Source of the DNA: Clostridia bacterium
GTDB lineage: Bacteria > Bacillota > Clostridia > Oscillospirales > Acutalibacteraceae
Direction of reading: 5' to 3'
Length of the DNA stretch: 64,000 nucleotides
Assembly: GCA_017434855.1 (NCBI GenBank)
Contig: JAFRUA010000067.1
Span: forward strand, 1,618 to 65,617
In this document: positions 19,402-29,100 of the stretch, in pieces
How the letters are laid out: every line of letters starts with the position of its first letter
How positions within the stretch are numbered: the stretch's first letter is position 1
Position numbers and translations under genes: made by a program
The notes under the pieces: generated by a model
What the model saw: the letters and a program-made list of their open reading frames with translations, nothing else
What the model was told of the DNA's origin: nothing
Databases searched by the model: none

Positions 19402-19435
19402 GACTGCACTTTAAAGAAAAGGAGGAACAAAAAAC

Positions 19436-20356
19436 ATGAGTTCTTTAAAAACGGTATCCAAAAGAGGGATCGCCGTTCTGCTGGTTCTTGCGTTTCTCTT
19501 TTCTGCAAGCATCACGTCCTTTGCGACAAACGGCTTTCGTTATGTGCACGATCCCCGTGACAACGCCAAAGCAATGGCGGATATCGTTGAGGACGAAGCC
19601 GCGATCTACGGCTTTCGTCCCAGCGAAACGGGCAGCCTGAAAATGTATGCCGATGCGGATTGGTCGGACCCTGCGGTTGTGGCGCAGGGTCGCGCCGATC
19701 GCATTGCGTATCACGAAAGCATCCGCTCGATGTATGTGATGCTGCAGGATATGCAGGCGCAGGGCAAAAGCACAGAGGAAATTGCCCGCGCGGTCAGCAA
19801 CCGCAGAAACGAGATCCGGCTTGAAGCATATGCAAACGATCCGGAAGGCCTTGCAGAGCTGAAGGAACGCAATCTTGAAAAATATGGGCATGAGGAAGGC
19901 CCGCTGCCGGAGGAGCTTTATGAGAAATACGGCTCCTGGGAGCGTGTGATGGAAAAATCTTTCAGCACAAATTCCGGCATGGACGCCTGCCTCGGGCTGT
20001 ATGACGATTATTATTTCCTCTATGTCGCGCTGGGCGACGTCCCGGCAGACGTCACGATCACACTGCCGCAAACTGTGACGTGCAGTTACAAACGAACGGT
20101 CCCTGTTTTACCGACGATCGAAACCAATGCAGTCAATTATACCGTGACATATGAAGTTGACGATCCGAAGATTGCATCGGTTGATGAAAGCGGCATGGTC
20201 ACCGGCCTGCGGCTTGGCAAAACGGCTGTGCGCTGCGTTGTCACAGACGCAAGCGGCACCCGGCATGTTTCCGCTCCCTGCAGGGTTCTGGTGCAAAGCC
20301 GACTTTGTCAATGGTTCAATCAGTTCATCATGTTCCTGAAGCACCTGTTTAAATGA
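19436..20356 (+). CDS. Secreted protein (306 aa) with a helical N-domain of unknown function, a Big_2-type Ig-like domain and an aromatic C-terminal tail
   Basis: Signal peptide is MSSLKTVSKRGIAVLLVLAFLFSASITSFA. The Big_2-like segment is VTYEVDDPKIASVDESGMVTGLRLGKTAVRCVVTDASG. It ends SRLCQWFNQFIMFLKHLFK. AAGGAGG lies upstream, and the gene starts 34 nt after the giant gene. Confidence 0.8.
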   Translation: MSSLKTVSKRGIAVLLVLAFLFSASITSFATNGFRYVHDPRDNAKAMADIVEDEAAIYGFRPSETGSLKMYADADWSDPAVVAQGRADRIAYHESIRSMYVMLQDMQAQGKSTEEIARAVSNRRNEIRLEAYANDPEGLAELKERNLEKYGHEEGPLPEELYEKYGSWERVMEKSFSTNSGMDACLGLYDDYYFLYVALGDVPADVTITLPQTVTCSYKRTVPVLPTIETNAVNYTVTYEVDDPKIASVDESGMVTGLRLGKTAVRCVVTDASGTRHVSAPCRVLVQSRLCQWFNQFIMFLKHLFK

Positions 20357-20452
20357 TGGAACGAAAAATGTACAGCCCCGCAGTGCGTCTTTCTGCAGAG
20401 CAGTACGTTTTGCGGCGTTATTACGCAGCCGAAAGATGATCTGAAAAATCAC

Positions 20453-20480
20453 TTGCAAATCACCGCAAGTGTGATATTAT
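20453..20480 (+). promoter_or_regulatory. Candidate sigma-A promoter of the membrane protein-MATE-NRPS operon
   Basis: TTGCAA (20453-20458), a 16-nt spacer, then TGaTATTAT. This is an extended -10, with the hexamer at 20475-20480. Confidence 0.45.
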
Positions 20481-20536
20481 AAAAAAATGAAAACACAGGG
20501 GCTCTCTCTTTTGACGAAATGATCGATGTTTTCAAC

Positions 20537-20573
20537 CTTTGCTGCAGGCAGACAATCCCTCCCTGCAGCAAAG
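20537..20573 (+). promoter_or_regulatory. Perfect 12-bp stem hairpin inside the ~180-nt leader of the NRPS operon
   Basis: CTTTGCTGCAGG (20537-20548) pairs with CCTGCAGCAAAG (20562-20573) around a 13-nt loop. No U-tract follows, so it is not a classical terminator. Confidence 0.5.
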
Positions 20574-20658
20574 TCCGTTGGTGTGCACCGATGAATCCGG
20601 GTGCTTGAATCGCAGCGGATGGATCGGCAGGTATCAAAAAACATAGGAGTGTGAAACG

Positions 20659-21120
20659 ATGCACAGAGAAGCGTTTGAAGAATCTGCCGGCACACCTTTT
20701 GGCGAACGGCCGCAAAAGGAACAATCGCCGCCGAAACAAAGGGAACGAAGAATACGCGGCATTTATATTCCCGCAATTTCGGTTGTCGGGGTCTTTTTCG
20801 TGTGTTCTTTTCTCAACTTCGTGCTGAAAAACATTCCGCTCACGGCGCCTTATGCCTTTTTCAGTCTGCTTGCCGCGCTCCCGTCGTGCAGCATTGTGCT
20901 GACGGTTTTTTCCTTCATCTGGTGGAATCGGGTATTGCAGGCTGCAAGTATTTCGGCGCTGATTTGGTCGGTCGGGTTTTGTATTGTACGGGTGCTTTCG
21001 TTCTTTTGGCCGGATACGGTTGAAAAGGGCGGCGTCTATGTGTCCTGCCTGCTGCTGCAGATAATCAATGTGCTGGTGTTCCTCTTTGTATATTCTTTAA
21101 AAAAGAGCCGCAGCGCATAA
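20659..21120 (+). CDS. Small polytopic membrane protein (153 aa, about 4 TM) with a basic N-terminus. Function unknown.
   Basis: AGGAG lies 9 nt upstream of the ATG. Hydrophobic segments include ISVVGVFFVCSFLNFVL, YAFFSLLAALPSCSIVLTVFSFIWW, ISALIWSVGFCIVRVLSFFW and VSCLLLQIINVLVFLFVY. Confidence 0.55.
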   Translation: MHREAFEESAGTPFGERPQKEQSPPKQRERRIRGIYIPAISVVGVFFVCSFLNFVLKNIPLTAPYAFFSLLAALPSCSIVLTVFSFIWWNRVLQAASISALIWSVGFCIVRVLSFFWPDTVEKGGVYVSCLLLQIINVLVFLFVYSLKKSRSA

Positions 21121-21163
21121 AACATACATGAATCATCTTTCTTGCCGTGAAAGGAGATCTTTC

Positions 21164-22492
21164 TTGGACTATTTACATGACTCGCATCGTTCCATGTTTG
21201 CAAAGCTGCTGCCCTCTGCCATCGGCGCAATGCTGAGTGAGACAGTGGCTTCATTGGCGGATACGATCATTCTCAGCCATTATCTCGGGCCGGATATGCT
21301 GTCTACGGTCAGCATCTGTATGCCGATCTATATGTTTGTGAATACGCTGTCGATGCTGATCGTGTCCGGCGGCGCAACGCTGTTTGCGCAATATCTCGGG
21401 CGTGATGACAAGCAGGAGGCGCAGCGTTTCTATACCTGCAGCATTGTGCTGATGACCTTGAGCGGCGCTGTGCTGACGGCCGTCGGTCTGTTGTTCACAA
21501 GGCCGATCATCTCGGCGCTGGGCGCGTCAGGCGAGATTCTGGAGCCGACCGTTCAGTATGCGCGGGTGCTGTTTGCGTTCATGATCCCGCTGTCGCTGTA
21601 TCAGCAATTGATGGTTTATGTCAGGTTTGACGGTGCGCCGATCCTTTCGCTTGCATCCACGATCATTTGCGCCGTAGTGAACCTTGTGCTGGACGTGCTG
21701 TTTGTGGGGCCGCTTGGCTGGGGTGCGTCCGGCGCCGCGCTGGCGACCTGCCTTGCCTATACGGTCGCCATGCTCATCAACGCGATCCATCTGCTGCAAA
21801 AAAACAACGGCCTGATTCTTCGCCGCGGCAGCCTGACCAAGGCAAGGGTCACGCGCCTGTTGAAAACCGGCGTGCCGCTGTCTGTGACGCAGCTCGGGAT
21901 GTCTGTCGGCACGTCGCTGTTCAATATCCGCATCATGAGCGTCGGCGGCGCGATGGTTCTGGACGTTTACGGGGTCATCACGCAGCTTTCCGTCATTGCC
22001 ATGGCGCTGTATGAAGGTGTTGCGCAGGCGTGCCAGCCGATCCTTGCCGCCCGCTTTGGCGCGGAGGACCGAAAGCGCATCAGTCAGACCATGCGCTATG
22101 GGTTTATGCTGGAGATCATTGCCATGTGCGGTGCGTTTGCGGCCTATATTTTCGGGGCCGGCTTTGTTGCGGATTTGTTTTCTATGCAAGAGGCCGCGCT
22201 CAGGGCCGAGGCGATCGGGGCGATTCGCATTTATGCGTTGTCTTTGCTGTTCACCGGGATCAATACGATCATTGTCTATTATTATCAGGTACAGGAAAAG
22301 GAACTCCGCGCCACCGGGATCACGCTGCTGTCCGGCACTGTGCTGCCGGTGCTGTCCCTGTACATACTGACGGCAATCTTCCGCGTGTCCGGCATCTGGT
22401 GGTGCTATTTGATTGCACAGGGTCTGACGCTGATCATCAGCCTTCTGCTTTATTCGCGTGACAGGCACCCGACTGTAAAAAGCAATATTTGA
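21164..22492 (+). CDS. MATE-family efflux transporter
   Basis: 12-TM hydrophobic profile with a typical MATE N-terminus (FAKLLPSAIGAMLSETVASLADTIILSHYLG). The start is placed at the in-frame TTG at 21164, 7 nt after AAGGAG. The ATG at 21128 has no SD. Confidence 0.8.
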   Translation: MDYLHDSHRSMFAKLLPSAIGAMLSETVASLADTIILSHYLGPDMLSTVSICMPIYMFVNTLSMLIVSGGATLFAQYLGRDDKQEAQRFYTCSIVLMTLSGAVLTAVGLLFTRPIISALGASGEILEPTVQYARVLFAFMIPLSLYQQLMVYVRFDGAPILSLASTIICAVVNLVLDVLFVGPLGWGASGAALATCLAYTVAMLINAIHLLQKNNGLILRRGSLTKARVTRLLKTGVPLSVTQLGMSVGTSLFNIRIMSVGGAMVLDVYGVITQLSVIAMALYEGVAQACQPILAARFGAEDRKRISQTMRYGFMLEIIAMCGAFAAYIFGAGFVADLFSMQEAALRAEAIGAIRIYALSLLFTGINTIIVYYYQVQEKELRATGITLLSGTVLPVLSLYILTAIFRVSGIWWCYLIAQGLTLIISLLLYSRDRHPTVKSNI

Positions 22493-22505
22493 AAGGAGAT
22501 TGGAA

Positions 22506-23100
22506 ATGAACGATGCGCTTATCATGACTTGGTGGGAAGAACACTTTTCTGGGCTGGAAATTGATTCCTGCCTTGCCGTTGATTTTCCGGACAACGAAAA
22601 CGGCGGCCCGTTTGCATCCTTGCGAGAGGATGACCTCGACGTCTGTGAGGATACGATTGCCGCAGCCTTTGCCTATACGCTTGCAAAGTTCACCGCGCAG
22701 AACGAGAGCCTGTTCTGGATACAGGAGGACGGGCTCTGTTCTCCGTTTTATATTTCTTTTGACGAGGATGCGCCGACGCAGGACTTTTTGCGCAAGGTCT
22801 CGGCGCTGCGTCAAAGCGCAGCAGAGCATCCTCTGACCGACGCCGATGCGCTTGCGCAGGCGCTTGATCTTCACCGGGATCTGTTCCTTTCCTTTGACAA
22901 AAGCTTTCTTCCGGCAGAATCGGGTGAAGCGCGGCTGTGTCTGCAGGTTTTGCCGGGCGAACTGCGCTTTTTCTATCGGGAAAACCTGTTTCATGCGGAG
23001 AATATGCGCCGCTTCTTAAAGGCGACGGCGCAGGTTGCACGGCAGCTGACAGAATACAAAAAGCTCAAAGACCTTTGCCTGGTCAGCGAAGATGACCTGA
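22506..23100 (+). other. NRPS N-terminal ~200-aa region resembling only the C-terminal half of a condensation domain (no HHxxxDG)
   Basis: No His motif is present before the first A domain. Boundaries are approximate. Confidence 0.4.
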
Positions 23101-26100
23101 AAACGCTGGAATCATTCCCGTACCGCAAGGTGCAGCCATCCGCACAGAGTGTGACGCAAATCCTTGCGCGCGCCTTTTCACGGTATCCGGATCATACCGC
23201 TGTTGTTTATGAAAACGAAACGTTTTCATATGCACAGCTTGACCGTGTGAGCAATGCGATCGCCGCAAAGATCGCCTCTTTGGGCATCGGAAAAGGCTGC
23301 GTTGTTTCCACGCTCCTTCCCCGCTGCAAGTGGATGCCCGCAGTTGCGATTGCTGTGCTCAAGACCGGCGCGGCCTATCAGCCGCTGGACCCCCAGTATC
23401 CGCCGGAGCGACTGAATTTCATGGTGCAGGACAGTGCTGCGGCGTTGGTGATCGCAGACCGGTCCCTGAAAGATTTGCTGTCGGAATACCGGGGACCGTT
23501 CCTGTTTACCGATGAAATTGACGCTTTGCCCGCTGCCGCGCCGCTGAACCGCAAAATCACGCCGGATGACCCGTTCATTTTGCTCTATACCTCCGGAACG
23601 ACCGGAACCCCGAAGGGCGTGATCCTGAGCCACGGCAACCTTGTCAGCTTTATCGACTGGTATGTGCCGAAATTTCATCTGACCGCCGAAAGCCGCAGCG
23701 CCGCCTATGCCAGCTTCGGCTTTGACGCAAACATGATGGATACCTATCCGATCCTTTCCTGCGGCGGGCAGATGCACATTCTTTCCGACGCGGTTCGCTT
23801 TGACCTGCGTGCTATGAACCGCTATTTTAACGAAAACGCCATCACGCACAGCTTTATGACCACCCAGGTGGGCCGCCAGTTTGCCTTGATGACAGACTGC
23901 AAATCGCTGAGGGTGATCTCCATGGGCGGAGAAACGCTGGTTCCGTTTGACCCGCCCCGGGATAAAGAAGTCTACAACGTCTACGGTCCCACGGAGTGCA
24001 CCATCCTTTCCACTGCCTATCAGATGCGCAGCGGAAGCCGGCGGCTGCCCATCGGCACGCCGGCCGACAATATGCGGCTGTATGTGGCGGATCAGTTTCA
24101 GCGTCTGCTGCCCATCGGCGCCATGGGCGAATTGCTGATCGCCGGCACACAGGTGGGGCTCGGGTATCTGAACCGGCCGGAAAAGACCGCAGAGGTTTTT
24201 GTCAAAAATCCCTATACCGACGACCCCGAAATTGCGCGCGTCTATCGCTCCGGCGACATCGTCCGCTGGGGCTATGACGGAAATGTGGAATTTGTTGGCC
24301 GCAGAGACGGCCAGGTCAAGATTCGCGGCTTTCGCATCGAACTGACAGAGGTGGAGGGCGTGCTGCGTGAATACCCCGGGATCAAAGACGTGACGGTGAT
24401 CGCCAGAAGCGCGCCGACCGGCGGCAAGATGATCTGCGCCTATGTGGTGTCGGACGATGCTGTGGATATTCCCGCGCTGGAACAATTCATTCTGGACCGC
24501 AAGCCGCCGTATATGGTGCCTGCCGTAACCATGCAAATCGACAAAATTCCGCTGAATGTCAACAGCAAGGTGGATAAGCGCGCCCTGCCGGAGCCGACGT
24601 TTGCTTCGGATGAGGATGCACAGGCCGGCCCGCGCGTCAGAACCGCGCTGGAAGAACTGCTCTATGAAGTGATTTCGCCCGTCATCGGCGCAGCGGATTT
24701 CCCGATCGATGAAAAGCTGGACCGCATGGGCCTGACCAGCATTTCCGCGCTGATGCTTGCGGTGGAGATCGAAGACCGGTTTGGCTACAGTCCGGATGTG
24801 GACGTGCTCGGAAACAGCAGCCTTTTGGAGATCGAGAACGCGCTGGTTGCGCATTTTATGCGCGCACCCGACGCGCAAGCGCATGCGGAACCCGCCGAGG
24901 GACCCTATCCGCTGGCACAAACCCAGCTCGGCATTTATTCTGCCTGCAAAATCGACCCGGAGAACGACGCATATGAGCTGCCGTTCCTGTTTAAACTGTC
25001 GCGGAATACCGATGCTGCGCGGTTGTGTGCGGCGCTGGAACAGACGATTGCCGCCCATGACACCGTGAATTGCCGCATTGCGCCTGACCGGCAGCATACC
25101 GCGGTGATGATCCCCACGGCACGGGACTTCCGCGCTGCCGTGTCGGATGTGACCGAAGCACAGCTCAAAGCAGAACTGGCCGCGCGCCCGAAAATTGATT
25201 TTGAAAACGGGCCGCTGTATGACGCGAGGGTCTATCGCACAGAAGATGCGATCTATCTTTACATCAATTTCCACCATATTATCTTTGACGGCACCTCTTT
25301 GGCGGTGTTTATGGAGGACCTGGAAACAGCCTTTCAGGGCGGGGCACTGGCGCCTGAAAAGTATTCTGCGTTTGATCTTTCACTTGATGAACGCAAGGCG
25401 CGGGAAAGCGACGCCTGGCAGACCGCAAAGGACTATTATGACAGCGTTTTTGCCGGGCTGGACGTCAACAGTCTGCCGGAGCCGGATTTTGCCGGCAAAG
25501 AAGCGCCGGATGTGCACGCGCAAAAGGTCCTGCTGGGCGACGGTTTTCCGAAAAAGGTGCAGGCGATGTGCGAGCGTCTGCATGTGACGGAAAACGCGTT
25601 CTTTACCTTTGCGTTTGCCTATACATTGGCGCGGGTCTCCGGGCAGGAGGAAGCGCTGTTCTGCAACATTTACAACGGCCGCACCGACCCGCGCACGTTC
25701 CACACGGTCGGCATGCTGGTCAAGACCTATCCGTTTTATATCTCCTTCAGCGGCAATGACGCGCCCGCGGATAAGATCTGCGAAACAGCGGGCAGAATCC
25801 GTGATTTGACCGGCAACGATCTGTATTCTTTTGCGGAAGTCAGCCGCGCCTACAATATCAAACCGGACATTCTGTTTGCGTATCAGGGCAGCGCGTTCAA
25901 TGAATTCACCGTTGCCGGGCAGCGCAGCGCCGCGTTGCCGCAGGGGCTTGCCGACGTGCAGGCGCCGCTGTCGGTGGACGTATTTCTGGAGGATGACGCC
26001 TATTCCCTGAATGCGGAGTATTTCAGCGACCGCTACACCGCTGAAATGATCGTTTCACTGCTGGAGCTGTTTGCACAGACTGCAAAGCAGCTGTTGACGG

Positions 26101-29100
26101 CGGACCGCCTGGATGCGGTTGACCTGATGCACGGCAGCGCGCAAACGCTGCTGGACACTGTCAACGATACCGATTGGCCGGTGGCGTATGCCCCGGTGCA
26201 TTGCCTGCTGGAAAAGAGCGCCGAAAAGTATCCGCAGCGGCTTGCGGTGGTGACGCAGACAGAACGGCTGACCTATGCGCAGCTCAATGAAAGTGCAAAC
26301 CGTGTGGGTCACGCGCTGATCGACGCGGGCGTGGAGCCCGGCCAGATCGTTGCACTGATGCTGCCGCGGTACGCCGGGGTCTATATCGTGCGCCAGGGCA
26401 TTCTGAAATCCGGCGGCGCGTTCCTTTCCATCGCGCCGGACTATCCGGATGACCGGGTACAGGTCATGATCGAAGATTCCGGCGCAAAGGTTTTGATCGT
26501 CACCGATCAGGTGCTGTCTGAGCGCAGGGCGTTTTTGGATCGTCTGAAATGCAGCGTTGTCACGGTGGACACGCTTTTGACGGATGCACGCACAGACAAC
26601 CCCGGTGTGTTCGTGGCGCCGGACGCGCTGGCTTATACCATTTTTACCTCCGGTTCCACCGGAAAGCCGAAGGGCGTGCTGCTGACCCAGCGCAACCTGG
26701 TCAACTTTGTCAATTCCAACCCGAAGAATCCGGAAATTCTGGGGTACACCGAGCGCGGGCATGTGTCTTTGGCACTGGCGGCCATCACCTTTGACGTGTC
26801 GATCATGGAAGAATTCATTCCGCTGTCTGCCGGTATGACCATCTGTATGGCGACGGAGGAAGAGATCCACAACCCCATCGCGCTTGCAAAGCTGATGACA
26901 GAGAACGGCGTTGACATGATGACCTGCACGCCCTCGTTCCTGACCAACTGCATCGGGCTGCCTGCCATGCGCGCAGCGCTTCGGAACGTGGTCTCCTATG
27001 ACTTTGGAGCAGAAGCCTTCCCGGGGTCGCTGTATGAAAAGGTCCGGGCGGTCAACCCGGATGCATACATCATGAACGGTTACGGCCCCACAGAGGCGAC
27101 CGTCAGCTGCACGATGGACGTTGTTGCAACGCCGGACTTTATCACCATCGGGAAACCCGCAAGCAATGTCAAAGCCTTTGTGCTGGACGGCATGGACCGC
27201 AAGCTGCCGCCGCTGATTCCCGGCGAGCTGGTGATCGCAGGCGCCGGTGTGGGCAGGGGATATATCGGCAGACCCGATTTGACTGCGGAAAAGTTCATTA
27301 CAATTGACAATCTGCCCGCTTATCGCACCGGCGACGTTGCGGCGTGGACTGCCGACGGCAGGCTGCGCTTCCGCGGCAGGGCCGACGACCAGGTCAAGCT
27401 GCGCGGCCTGCGCGTGGAGCTGGGCGAGATTGAAAACGCGATCAACGCCGTTGACGGCGTGCTGACCAGTGTTGTCATCATGACCGGCGAAGACAGCAAC
27501 AAGTTCCTGGCGGGCTATTATACTGCAGCCAAAGCCTTGCCGCCCGAGGAGGTCAGGGCGCAGATCAGTCGCAAGCTGACAGCTTATATGGTGCCGGGCG
27601 TTTTGACGCAGTTGGATGAAATGCCGCTGACGCAGAACGGCAAGATCGACAAGAAAAAGCTGCCGAAGGTGACTTATGTTCCGGATGCGGCAGACTATGT
27701 TGCCCCCGCCAATGAAGCCGAACGGGATTTCTGCGGCTGGTTTGCAGAGCTTTTGAATCTGGACAAGGTCAGCGCGACCGGCAACTTCTTTGAGCTGGGC
27801 GGCACCTCTTTGTCGGCCGCCATCATCGCGATCAATGCCGAAGAAAAGGGATATCCGATCGTCTATGCCGATGTGTTCAAAGCGCAAACGCCGCGTGAGC
27901 TTGCGGCGCTGGCAACCGGAGCGACGTCGCCGGAAAGCGAAGCGTCTGACCGCAGCGCGTATGAAGTCGATGATTCGACCCTTGCGCTTGCGCACAATAT
28001 CTGCGACGAGCTGCCGGGGCTGACGCGCGCTTCCGTCGGGAATCTGCTGCTGACCGGTGCGTCAGGCTTTCTCGGCATTCATGTGCTGCGCGAATATTTG
28101 ACGCAGTCAGACGGCACGCTGTATTGCCTGCTGCGCGGCAAAGACCCCCAGCAGCGCCTGAAACGGCTGTATTTCTACTATTTCGGTGAGCCGCTGGAAC
28201 CCTATTTTGAAAACGGACGTATCAAGATCCTGAACGGAGACATCACAGACAACGATTCGCTAAAGGCTGCCGAAGAGATCCCCTTTGACACGCTGATCAA
28301 CTGTGCGGCGCTGGTCAAGCACTTTGTAAAGGATGACAGTCTGGAGCGCATCAACGTGCAGGGCGTGCGCAACCTGATCGATCTGTGCAAACGTACCGGA
28401 AAGCGCCTGATCCAGACCTCCACCGTCAGTGTGGCCGGCGAGGGGGTTGACGGCACACCGCCCAGAGATTGGACCATCACAGAGAACAGACTGTATCACG
28501 GCCAACTGCTTGACAACGCTTATGCACTGAGCAAATACCGAGCGGAGCTTGCGGTGCTTGAGGCGATTGCAGACGGTCTGGACGCAAAGATCATGCGCCT
28601 GGGCAATCTGATGGGCAGGCATTCCGACGGGGAATTCCAGGTGAATTTCCGCAGCAATGCGTTTATCCGTTCACTTGCAAGCTACAAAGCGATCGGCGCC
28701 GTGCCCTATTCGTTGATGAATACCGTTACGGACTTTTCCGAGATCGACATGACGGCCCGCGCCATCCTTTTGCTTGCGGGCACGGACCCGAAATTCACGG
28801 TGTTCCACCCGATGAACAACCACACCGTGACCTTTGCCGATATCGTCTATTCCATGCGGGAATACGGGTTCGATATCGAAACGGTGGAGGATGCGGCGTT
28901 TGCAGAGCGGATGGCGAACGCCGGCGAGGCTTCCGGCGCGCTGATCGCCTATCGCAGCAGAGAGGGTGAAGAGCGGCGCTATGAGCTGGGGGCGTCCTGC
29001 GAATTCACGGCCGCCGCACTGTATCGGCTCGGCTTCAAATGGCCGGTATCCGGTGAAAAGTACATCGTCAGTATGCTGAAGGCGCTGGCGGAATTGAATA

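Noticed and set aside
23226-27995. Two long minus-strand ORFs (683 and 646 aa) inside the NRPS gene
   Set aside because: The plus strand carries the full ordered set of NRPS core motifs. The minus-strand products are low-complexity Arg/Gly/Ala/His and have no start context.
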